Source: Opitutia bacterium (GTDB lineage Bacteria; Verrucomicrobiota; Verrucomicrobiia; Opitutales; Opitutaceae). Taken from it: a stretch of DNA of 64,000 nt. How positions within the stretch are numbered: the first letter of the stretch is position 1; each line of letters starts with the position of its first letter. The notes under the pieces are model-generated. The model did not search any database and had not been told where the DNA came from. It was given only the letters and a program-made list of their open reading frames with translations. A program made the translations under genes and the position numbers. Below, one piece after another: positions 9,311 through 17,433 of this stretch. The DNA lies in NCBI GenBank assembly GCA_947478395.1, contig CANJVR010000007.1, positions 59,219 through 123,218 of the forward strand. The letters run 5' to 3'.

Positions 9311-11923
9311 TTAAGTGCGCGGCGCGGCGGGCAGCGCGCGAAAATCCCGCACCAGTTTCCGGACGCCCAGAGCGCCGAGGAACAGCCAGGTGGCAAGGGC
9401 AAGGTAGTAGGTGCTGCGCAGGATCCACGGACCGCGGTAACTGAGCGTCACGGCGTTCTGACCGGGTTGAAGTCCGACCATCACCAATCCACCGGCCGAT
9501 TTCTCCACCGCAGCGGGCTGGCCGTTGACCGTGGCGACATATCCGGGCAGGAAAAGCCGCGGCGTTTCCAGCCACGCTCCGCTGGCGCTAACCGTCGTGG
9601 CGGCGCGATACGGCGCCCATGAGGTGACTTTCACGGGTAGGGCGTCGAGGGCGTATGGCTGCAGGTAGATCGTCGCGAAATCGGCCGGAACGCTCGGGAC
9701 GGCCTCGTTGTAGATGTAGTGAAATTCGACGGTGTCGATCGCCTTGCGCGACGTCCACAGCGAGAAGAACCGCCGGCTCGTTGGCATGAATCCGAACGAC
9801 GTGGTCGGCTCGGTGCCTGGAGTCATCCCCATGGCGGAGTTCGGCAGGAAAAATTCCCGCCGCACGAACTCCCCCGAGACCAGCAGGGAGCCGGGCGCAG
9901 GGATGGTCTTGGGTTCAAAACGCACGGCATAGCGGACGTTGGGGGCCAGCGAAATGGGGGGATGCAACACCGCCACAGACACGCCGTCGTGCACGGCCGT
10001 CAGCGGAATTTGAGCCGCGCTGTCCGGCGGTCGCGCCGCGGCCACATTACTGGCTAGTTCCGTGCGACGGTCGGCCGCTAGCACGCGATTTTCCAAATAG
10101 GGATCGACGTAACTATGCGAAAAATAGGGTGGTGCGGCGGGGAAGGGATTGAACGCGTACCGCGTGAGGATCTGGTTGTGCGGCTCGAAGAAAACCCCGG
10201 CCTGGCTGGGTGGCACGGTGATGGCGTAGCCGCGCAAAACGAATTTCACGGCTTCGGTGAAGGTCCAGCCGGTGCAAACGAAAACGATGAAGGAAATTCC
10301 GAGTGCGACGCGGCGTTGGCCGGAGGCCATTGCCGCCAGCGCACCGGCGGCGCCGATCACGGTGAGTCCCGCGGCGATCGCATAAAACCGCTGCATCGGC
10401 CAGTGGTAGGTGATATCGCGGACCGTGCCCGGCACCAAGTGCCACAAGGCGACATTCAACCCGGGAATCGGCAGCAGAAGGAGGAGCAGCCCGAAACTGC
10501 CCAGCAACGGAACCCACGCCGCGCGCGTCGGCCGCCAAAATGCTGCCGCCGTCGTGACGGCGAGCATGACCCAGAGCCCCCAGCCGAGTTGATAGTCGGA
10601 GAGTTGGTTGGCGGTTTCGCTGACGGGATAAAACGCCTTGGGAAACGCCGACTGGATGGCGCCGAGGGTGATCGCGACTTCGCTGCCGGTTGAGCCCGCG
10701 CCGAGGGTTTTCACCGAGACGAAGACATAACTGGCCGTGAGCAAAAACACGCCAACTCCCACGGCCCAATTGCGGTAAATGCGGGAGTCCCCGCGGCGGC
10801 GAAACCAGATCACAAGGTGTGCGAAAACCGCGATAAAGGTGATCCAAAGCGCGATGGGCGGATGGCAGTACCATAGCCCGGCAACGGGCAGCACCGTCCA
10901 CAGGATCGAGGCGCGGTCGTCGCTCAACGCACGCCAGAGGCCATATGCGGCCAGAGGAATGTAAGGCAGCGCCGTCATGCTCATGAAGAGGTCGCCTTGG
11001 TACCCCAGTGAGAGCACCCCGGGGCAGCCGGCGTAAAGCGTCGCGAGCGCCAGCGCCGTCCAGCGATTGCGGGGAACGATGGCGGCACAGCACAGGTACG
11101 CCGAAAAAATCCCCCCGAAGCCGCACAACAGCAGCGCCAGATTTTGGAGGGCGGTGAATGGCAGTTCGCGGCCCGTCAGCAAATCGATGAGGCCGGTGAA
11201 ATGCTGCAGGTAAGGCGCGAAACGCAGCGGACTGACGGCGCCGTTGAAGGCGTATTCCGTCTGCCCGGCAAACACGGGAAAAATGCCGAGCCGCCATTGC
11301 GACACGAAATCGGCGTTCATGATACAGTACCAGTAGGAGTCGCCGGAGCCGACTGACCCCGCCGTGGCGAAGGCGCCGAAAAACATGAAGCCGGCGGCCG
11401 CGAGCAGCGTGAGACGGCTGGTTTCCAGCGGGGCTTCCGGTCGGGCGCGCCGGCACCACAGATAAATCAGCCGCACGCCCAGGTGCACCGGGGCGTGCAG
11501 CGCCATCAGTTTCAGCACCTGCCGCCCGCTCAAGTTCATGCCCAGCTTCACGAAAACGAAATGCAGCACCGCGGCGGCGAGCAGTTGACCAACCAAAAGT
11601 TTGGCCAGCAACCACCCTAGCGAGCGCGTCCTGCGCAAACCATATTGCAGCGTGACCGAATAGCAGAGCAGCGTGACACAGATGATCGTCGAAAAATCTT
11701 CCTGATCGAGCGGCCGCTTAAAAACGAATCCATTGAGTAGGAATAGCCACCCGCCTAGAACGGCGGCGTCGATGGCGATCAGCGAGCCGACGATCCGGCC
11801 GGTCGTTTCCCATGTACGTACTTTTCGAAACGGGGCGAGGACGAAGGCGAGGGTTTTGGACAACACGGCTGGCAGGGTGGGGAAGCGAGATTGTGCTTGC
11901 TGGTAGGTTCGGGCCACAACCAT
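9311..11923 (-). CDS. Large polytopic membrane protein, GT-C/YfhO-like; paralog of 12408..15257 (true start may be near 11866)
   Basis: Many TM helices, periplasmic-type C-terminal domain ending 'PGYVATVNG...QPGQNAVTLSY' plus a final TM helix (YfhO-like tail); motif blocks shared with the paralog. Confidence 0.75.
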   Translation of the reverse strand: MVVARTYQQAQSRFPTLPAVLSKTLAFVLAPFRKVRTWETTGRIVGSLIAIDAAVLGGWLFLLNGFVFKRPLDQEDFSTIICVTLLCYSVTLQYGLRRTRSLGWLLAKLLVGQLLAAAVLHFVFVKLGMNLSGRQVLKLMALHAPVHLGVRLIYLWCRRARPEAPLETSRLTLLAAAGFMFFGAFATAGSVGSGDSYWYCIMNADFVSQWRLGIFPVFAGQTEYAFNGAVSPLRFAPYLQHFTGLIDLLTGRELPFTALQNLALLLCGFGGIFSAYLCCAAIVPRNRWTALALATLYAGCPGVLSLGYQGDLFMSMTALPYIPLAAYGLWRALSDDRASILWTVLPVAGLWYCHPPIALWITFIAVFAHLVIWFRRRGDSRIYRNWAVGVGVFLLTASYVFVSVKTLGAGSTGSEVAITLGAIQSAFPKAFYPVSETANQLSDYQLGWGLWVMLAVTTAAAFWRPTRAAWVPLLGSFGLLLLLLPIPGLNVALWHLVPGTVRDITYHWPMQRFYAIAAGLTVIGAAGALAAMASGQRRVALGISFIVFVCTGWTFTEAVKFVLRGYAITVPPSQAGVFFEPHNQILTRYAFNPFPAAPPYFSHSYVDPYLENRVLAADRRTELASNVAAARPPDSAAQIPLTAVHDGVSVAVLHPPISLAPNVRYAVRFEPKTIPAPGSLLVSGEFVRREFFLPNSAMGMTPGTEPTTSFGFMPTSRRFFSLWTSRKAIDTVEFHYIYNEAVPSVPADFATIYLQPYALDALPVKVTSWAPYRAATTVSASGAWLETPRLFLPGYVATVNGQPAAVEKSAGGLVMVGLQPGQNAVTLSYRGPWILRSTYYLALATWLFLGALGVRKLVRDFRALPAAPRT

Positions 11924-11940
11924 AAACCTAATTTCTTCTC

Positions 11941-12354
11941 ATGAAATATCTCCGGCGCGTGTGGTTCCTTAATCTCGCTTTCTTAGTGGTCCTGCTTGGC
12001 GCAGGGGCGTTCAGCGGTTGTTCGAGGCTCCTGCCGGCGCGCAAGGGCACTGCGCATTCGTTGCAAATCCCCATCGACACCCGGCGCGCCCCGGTGGAGA
12101 CGCTGTCCGGATGTTTCATCCCGGCCGTGTTTCCTGCTGTGACCAAAATTCCGGTCATCACCGTGCAATCGATTCCGCCGGGTGCCAAAATAACCGCTGC
12201 AACCCACGAGGTGGTGTTGAAAAACGGCGACGAATTGGCTCTGCTGGAAACTGTGATCGAAAAAAATCAAGTCTACCTGAAATTCGCCGTGCCGAAGGTT
12301 GAATCGTTTACCCAGGTTACCGTAATGGTGACTGTGAAATACGAGTATCGCTGA
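11941..12354 (+). CDS. Hypothetical lipoprotein
   Basis: Basic N-terminus, hydrophobic core, lipobox-like 'FSGC', beta-rich mature part. Confidence 0.6.
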   Translation: MKYLRRVWFLNLAFLVVLLGAGAFSGCSRLLPARKGTAHSLQIPIDTRRAPVETLSGCFIPAVFPAVTKIPVITVQSIPPGAKITAATHEVVLKNGDELALLETVIEKNQVYLKFAVPKVESFTQVTVMVTVKYEYR

Positions 12355-12407
12355 CCGGTGCGGGCCGTCGTCCGCCGCCGGCTCCGCGAGGTTACGATTG
12401 ACTGTGC

Positions 12408-15257
12408 TTGGTCGGACCTCGCGCTCGACCGTTCGTAACCGATGATGCGCAGCCAATTCCCGTGAACCGCACTTTCGATCCGCGGCGGCTCGCGTGGGCG
12501 GTCTTGGATGCCTCGATCTTGGCCGGCGTGATCGTGACGATAAACGGGTTGCTGGGCTTGGGCCTGCGCCCGGCGGGTGCGTTGGCCATGGTGGGTGCTG
12601 GAGGCGTCGCGTTTGCGCTCGCCCGGTTACCCGGTTGCTGGCGATCGACGAGCCGGGCGCGGAACCTGATTTTTTTTCCGCTCGCGATGTTGCTGCTAGA
12701 CCTAGGTGCATGGCTGGCGATTCATCGCGGGGTGCCGGGGCTGACGTGGAGCCGGGCGATTTATGCGGGCGCAGTCACGCTCGGGCTCGGGGCGGGCTTC
12801 CATTTGATCCGTCAGGTCACCTTTCACCTTGAAACGGATGGAGCGGAGGCGGTGCGGCTGGCTTCGCTCGTCCTTGGGGCGGTCTGGGTGTTTCATCCCT
12901 TTCTCACGGCGCAAATGTTGGGTGGACTCGATGCGCACTGGTACGGGCACATCATGGTCGACGCGTTGCAGCAGGCGCACGCGGGCGTGTGGCCGGTTTT
13001 TGTCGGACAAGGGGAAATGATGTTCAACGGCGCGGTGCACCCGTTTCGCACGGCACCCTATCATCACCATTTCGGCATCGTCCTCGATGCCCTCACGCTG
13101 CGCACGCTCACGCCGCTGGCCGTGCAGCATCTCACCGTCATCGCGACCGCCGTGTGGGGTGCGACGCTGACTTACCTTTGTCTCACGGCACTGGCGCCCA
13201 CGCGGCGCTGGCTGGCGTGGGCGCTGGCGTTGGGCTACATCAGCGGCCCGGCTATCGCGGGGGCAATTTACGCGCAGGAAATGTACATGACTTTCATGGC
13301 CTACGGGTGGCTGCCGCTGGTGGTTTACGCCAACATCCGGCTCATGCGAAACAACGACCGCGCAGGGTGGCTCCTGCTCGCGACGGGCCTTGCGTTGGTC
13401 TGGATCTGCCACGCGCCGGTGGGTGCGTGGGCAAGTTTGGTTACGCTGGGCATGCAGGGCGTGCGTTTGTTGGCGCGCGATTTTGATTTACGCTCATGGA
13501 GCTTGGCCGCGGGTGGGGTGGCGGGGTTCGGACTTTTGACGGCGTATTATTTTTTCTCGATCGGGGAGCTGGCGCCCGCGAATGCGCATGGCACCGGCGC
13601 GCTGCTCACGTACGGCGCGGGTGCGCTGTTGGCGTTGATGGCGTTGGTCCGTTTGCTCGTCACGGGAAACTGGCGGTGGCTCGCGCTCGGCGGCGTGGCG
13701 CTCGCGGTTTTGTGGCCCACGCACCGCATGTATTTCGGCTGGCTCGGAGCCTCGCTCGCGCTGGGAGCGGCGTTGGTGCTGATCGAAAAATGGCGTCCGC
13801 GGTTTAAGCTGTCGACCCGCGTGCCGGAGGCGCTGGTCTTCGTCCTGTTGACCGGAGGCTTGCTGGCCGCGCTGGTATTTCCGGAGCGAGACGGAGCGCG
13901 GCTGATCCGAAGCGGACAGGCGTATTTGTTGATGACGCAGCTGTTCCCGAAAAATCTGCAATCGGTGTCGTGGCTCGCGCAGGAACTGGGTGATTTGCAG
14001 CCGGGCTATGCGATGCTCGCGGCTTTGGGCGCGGGGCTGTTGGCGATGCTCGTCCGACCGACGTGGGAGGGGAAACTGGTGACGCTGGCAGGCTGCGGCC
14101 TGGCGCTGATGATTTTTCCCGTCCCGCGGATCACGCTCTTGTTTTACCAGGCCGTGCCGGATCCGCTCTACGGCATCTGCACCGTGAGTCTTTGGCTGCG
14201 GCTGATGCCGGTACTGGTTACTCTGGCGATTTTTGCCGGATTTTTGGCGATGGCGGCAATGCCACGCGGATTTTGGCCGCGCCTGGCCATCGCGGTGGGC
14301 GCGGCCGAATTGCTATTCGCCCATTGGGCCGAGACCTCGAAATTCATCCGGCTCGGCGCTCGGGCCGTTAATACCTCCGAGCGAACGGCGATGTTCTACC
14401 GGACGGAAAATGTGCAGCTCTTTTCGTACGCGTATAACGGTCTGCCGCATCCGGCTTACATGCTGAATGGCGTGGTGGACTATCATCTCGAAAGTCGGTT
14501 GCTCGACGTGGCGAAGCGCGAATGGCGCAAGGACCCGGTGCTGGAAAATGGCTTCTCGGCTCCTGTCGCTCTGACCGCAGAACCCGGCAATGAAGGCGTG
14601 GCGTGGTCTTGGTTTTCGCCTCGGTTGACGGTCGCCGCGGGGGAGCGCCGGCTGGTGAAATTCGATTTCTTCGATCGCGCTTTCAGCGGAACGCTCGTGA
14701 TGAAAGCCCCCGGAATTTATCGCGACTACTATTTGCCGGACGCGGGATTTTACGCGAAAAGCTTCGGCAGCGCGCCGGAGAAACCGAAGCTACTGTCCAT
14801 CTGGAACACGAGCGAAGCCGAGCGCCAGGTGCTTTTGGCGTTCGTGACGGCTAATCCCGAAGAAATTGGAAAACCGTTGGGAGATTTTGCCCGCGTCAGC
14901 ACTAGACCCTATCGCACGGAAGAGCTCCAAATCCAGACCCGGCGCCTGACGCCTTATCGGGCTGACGTGGAACTGACTGAGCCGATGTACCTGGAAACCC
15001 CGCGGGTATTTATTCCCGGATATCGGGCGAGGGTAGACGGGATTTCCCGGAAGGTGGAGGTCTCGCCCGATCATCTCGCGATGGTGCGCGTCGAGCCGGG
15101 TCACCACACCGTGGATCTTTTCTACACCGGCACGTTTGCCGCGCGAATGATGCTGCGGGTGAGTGCGCTCGGTTGGGTTTTGCTCGCGGCTTTTGGAATC
15201 TGGCAGTTGCGCGGGCGGCTGAAGGCTTTGTCCGAAGGTAGGGCGGGTTATCCCTAA
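12408..15257 (+). CDS. Large polytopic membrane protein, GT-C/YfhO-like; paralog of 9311..11923 (start possibly GTG 12462)
   Basis: GGLDAHWY, PVFVGQGEMMFNGAVHP, LETPRVFIPGYRARVDG, VEPGHHTVDLFY plus C-terminal TM helix. Confidence 0.75.
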   Translation: MVGPRARPFVTDDAQPIPVNRTFDPRRLAWAVLDASILAGVIVTINGLLGLGLRPAGALAMVGAGGVAFALARLPGCWRSTSRARNLIFFPLAMLLLDLGAWLAIHRGVPGLTWSRAIYAGAVTLGLGAGFHLIRQVTFHLETDGAEAVRLASLVLGAVWVFHPFLTAQMLGGLDAHWYGHIMVDALQQAHAGVWPVFVGQGEMMFNGAVHPFRTAPYHHHFGIVLDALTLRTLTPLAVQHLTVIATAVWGATLTYLCLTALAPTRRWLAWALALGYISGPAIAGAIYAQEMYMTFMAYGWLPLVVYANIRLMRNNDRAGWLLLATGLALVWICHAPVGAWASLVTLGMQGVRLLARDFDLRSWSLAAGGVAGFGLLTAYYFFSIGELAPANAHGTGALLTYGAGALLALMALVRLLVTGNWRWLALGGVALAVLWPTHRMYFGWLGASLALGAALVLIEKWRPRFKLSTRVPEALVFVLLTGGLLAALVFPERDGARLIRSGQAYLLMTQLFPKNLQSVSWLAQELGDLQPGYAMLAALGAGLLAMLVRPTWEGKLVTLAGCGLALMIFPVPRITLLFYQAVPDPLYGICTVSLWLRLMPVLVTLAIFAGFLAMAAMPRGFWPRLAIAVGAAELLFAHWAETSKFIRLGARAVNTSERTAMFYRTENVQLFSYAYNGLPHPAYMLNGVVDYHLESRLLDVAKREWRKDPVLENGFSAPVALTAEPGNEGVAWSWFSPRLTVAAGERRLVKFDFFDRAFSGTLVMKAPGIYRDYYLPDAGFYAKSFGSAPEKPKLLSIWNTSEAERQVLLAFVTANPEEIGKPLGDFARVSTRPYRTEELQIQTRRLTPYRADVELTEPMYLETPRVFIPGYRARVDGISRKVEVSPDHLAMVRVEPGHHTVDLFYTGTFAARMMLRVSALGWVLLAAFGIWQLRGRLKALSEGRAGYP

Positions 15258-15327
15258 CCCGCCGCTGCGACTCGGCTCACAGACAGAGCGACGCCAACCG
15301 GCGCGTTAGGGATAACGCGCCCTACCT
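15236..15327. repeat. GTAG-type REP doublet / REPIN, family A copy 1
   Basis: AGGTAGGGCGGGTTATCCCTAACCCGCC ... GGCGCGTTAGGGATAACGCGCCCTACCT; homologous to 35482-35575 and 41129-41221. Confidence 0.85.
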
Positions 15328-15350
15328 TCAGACCGCCGCTGGATTTTGGG

Positions 15351-16322
15351 ATGGCGGGGGCGCAGGGAATTCCCACCGTGGTTGCAGTGCCTAGCCCCGC
15401 CTTGAGTTTTGTCATTCCGCTCTACAACAGCGCCGCGACTATCGGCGCGTTGGTGAAGACGATCGAAAGCCTTCAGGTCGAAGGCGGGCATGAGATTGTT
15501 TTGGTCAACGATGGCAGTGCGGACGCGACGGCGGATGTTTGCCGTCAACTGGTGCGCGAGGCCCGCGTCCCGATCCTCTATATCGAACACGCGCGGAATT
15601 ACGGCGAACACAACGCGGTCCTTTCCGGCTGGCGGCAGTCGCGCGGGGCTCACGTGGTGAATCTGGATGACGACGGCCAGAATCCGCCGGAGGAGGCGGT
15701 GCGGATGTGGGCGCACGCGAAAGCCACCGGACTGGATGTGGTCTTCGGTCATTACACGGTGAAGCAGCACTCGTTCTGGCGGAACGCGGGCAGTTGGTTC
15801 ACGAACCGCATGACGGACTGGGCGCTGGACAAGCCGAAGGGATTTTATCTTTCGAGCTTTCGCTGTGTGTCCGCGTTTGTGGCGAGCGAGGTATCGGCCC
15901 ATACGGGACCGCTGCCTTACATCGACGGTTTGATTTTGCAGGTGACGCAGCGCCTTGGGTCGATCGAGGTGCGGCACGAGCAACGGCGGGCGGGCGCGAG
16001 CGGTTACACGCTGCGCCGGTTGATGCAGTTGTGGATGAGCGCATGGGTTAATTTCTCCGTGTTGCCGCTGCGGCTGGCGACCGGCCTCGGCTTCGTCATG
16101 GCGTTTGCGGGGTTCGTGAGTTTTGGCGTGGTGCTGTATTTGCGCTACGTGGATCGCGGGCCACAGTTTGGCTGGGGCTCCCTGATGGCGGCCCTGCTTT
16201 TATTTTCCGGCGCGCAACTTGTGATGCTCGGATTGATTGGCGAATACGTTGGGCGAATGTTTTTTGCGGTGAAGCGTCGGCCACAATCAGTGGTGCGTGA
16301 AATCGTGCGCGGCGGCGCGTGA
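15351..16322 (+). CDS. GT2 polyprenol-phosphate glycosyltransferase (ArnC-like); start uncertain
   Basis: SFVIPLYN, VNDGSAD, ARNYGEHNA, LDDDGQNPP, two C-terminal TM helices, IGEYVGR. Confidence 0.9.
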   Translation: MAGAQGIPTVVAVPSPALSFVIPLYNSAATIGALVKTIESLQVEGGHEIVLVNDGSADATADVCRQLVREARVPILYIEHARNYGEHNAVLSGWRQSRGAHVVNLDDDGQNPPEEAVRMWAHAKATGLDVVFGHYTVKQHSFWRNAGSWFTNRMTDWALDKPKGFYLSSFRCVSAFVASEVSAHTGPLPYIDGLILQVTQRLGSIEVRHEQRRAGASGYTLRRLMQLWMSAWVNFSVLPLRLATGLGFVMAFAGFVSFGVVLYLRYVDRGPQFGWGSLMAALLLFSGAQLVMLGLIGEYVGRMFFAVKRRPQSVVREIVRGGA

Positions 16323-16398
16323 GCGAGAGCGCTGGCCGGGACCGGAAGAGCGGCCGTCGTTTGACATTTTCGCGTTTCTTCCGACCAATGCGGGTCCC

Positions 16399-17433
16399 AT
16401 GCCCAAACGCGCCGTACTCCTCGCCAACCTCGGATCGCCCGATTCCACGGCCGTGCCGGACGTCAAGCGCTACCTCCGCGAGTTTCTCGGCGACGAACGT
16501 GTGATCGACCGGCCAGGCCAGCCGTTTCGCTCGCTCCTGGTCAATCAGATCATCATTCCGTTCCGCTCCAAAAAATCCGCGAAGGCTTATAAGAAGGTTT
16601 GGCTGCCGGAAGGTTCCCCTCTTGTCGTGATCTCAAAATCCGTGCGCGAGAAGCTCGCCCGCACGATCGGGGCCGGGACGCCGGTCTATCTCGCCATGCG
16701 GTACGGCAATCCCTCGATCGAAAGCGTCATGCGCCAGATCGTGGCGGATGGCATCGAGGAAATCCTGCTCTTCCCGCAGTATCCGCACTACGCGATGGCT
16801 TCGTGGGAAACGGGCACGGTGAAGGTTTTCGAAGAGCGCGACCGGCTCGCGCCACGACTGCGCATCGTTACCGTGCAGCCGTTCTACAAGGACGACGACT
16901 ACATCGAGGCGCTTTACTCCGTGACGCGCCCGTATCTCGAACAGCCGCACGACCACGTGCTTTTCAGCTACCACGGATTGCCGGCGCGCCATATGCGCAA
17001 GGCTGATACCTCCCGCGCGCACTGCATGACGGTCGCTGATTGTTGCGAGACTTGTTCGCCGGTGCACGCGACGTGTTATCGGGCGCAGATCTTCGCCACC
17101 ACGCGTGCGCTCGTGACGCGCGCGGGCATTCCTGCAGACAAATACTCCGTATCTTTTCAATCCCGCCTCGCCGGCGAACCGTGGCTGACTCCTTTCACCG
17201 ACCATGAATTGGAACGGCTGCCCAAGGCCGGAAAAAAACGCCTGCTGGTGCTGTGTCCCGCCTTCGTCGCCGACTGTCTGGAAACGCTCGAGGAAATCGA
17301 GCAAGAGGGATCCAGTGAATTCATGGCGGCGGGTGGGGAATCTTTCCAACAGGTTCCCTGCCTCAACGATCACCCCGTCTATATCGATTTTCTGGCCAAG
17401 CGCGTTTATGAGTGGCTGGATGGGCCGGCGTGA
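16399..17433 (+). CDS. hemH: Ferrochelatase
   Basis: LLANLGSP, AMRYGNP, FPQYPHY, FSYHG, FQSR, FVADCLETLEE. Confidence 0.95.
   Translation: MPKRAVLLANLGSPDSTAVPDVKRYLREFLGDERVIDRPGQPFRSLLVNQIIIPFRSKKSAKAYKKVWLPEGSPLVVISKSVREKLARTIGAGTPVYLAMRYGNPSIESVMRQIVADGIEEILLFPQYPHYAMASWETGTVKVFEERDRLAPRLRIVTVQPFYKDDDYIEALYSVTRPYLEQPHDHVLFSYHGLPARHMRKADTSRAHCMTVADCCETCSPVHATCYRAQIFATTRALVTRAGIPADKYSVSFQSRLAGEPWLTPFTDHELERLPKAGKKRLLVLCPAFVADCLETLEEIEQEGSSEFMAAGGESFQQVPCLNDHPVYIDFLAKRVYEWLDGPA

Noticed and set aside
10113..11615. 500-aa alternative-frame ORF, and similar long shadow ORFs (1618..2796, 18906..20048, 56562..57983, 56869..58065)
   Set aside because: They overlap well-supported genes, are Arg/Ala/Pro-rich or antisense, and have no motifs; expected in high-GC DNA.
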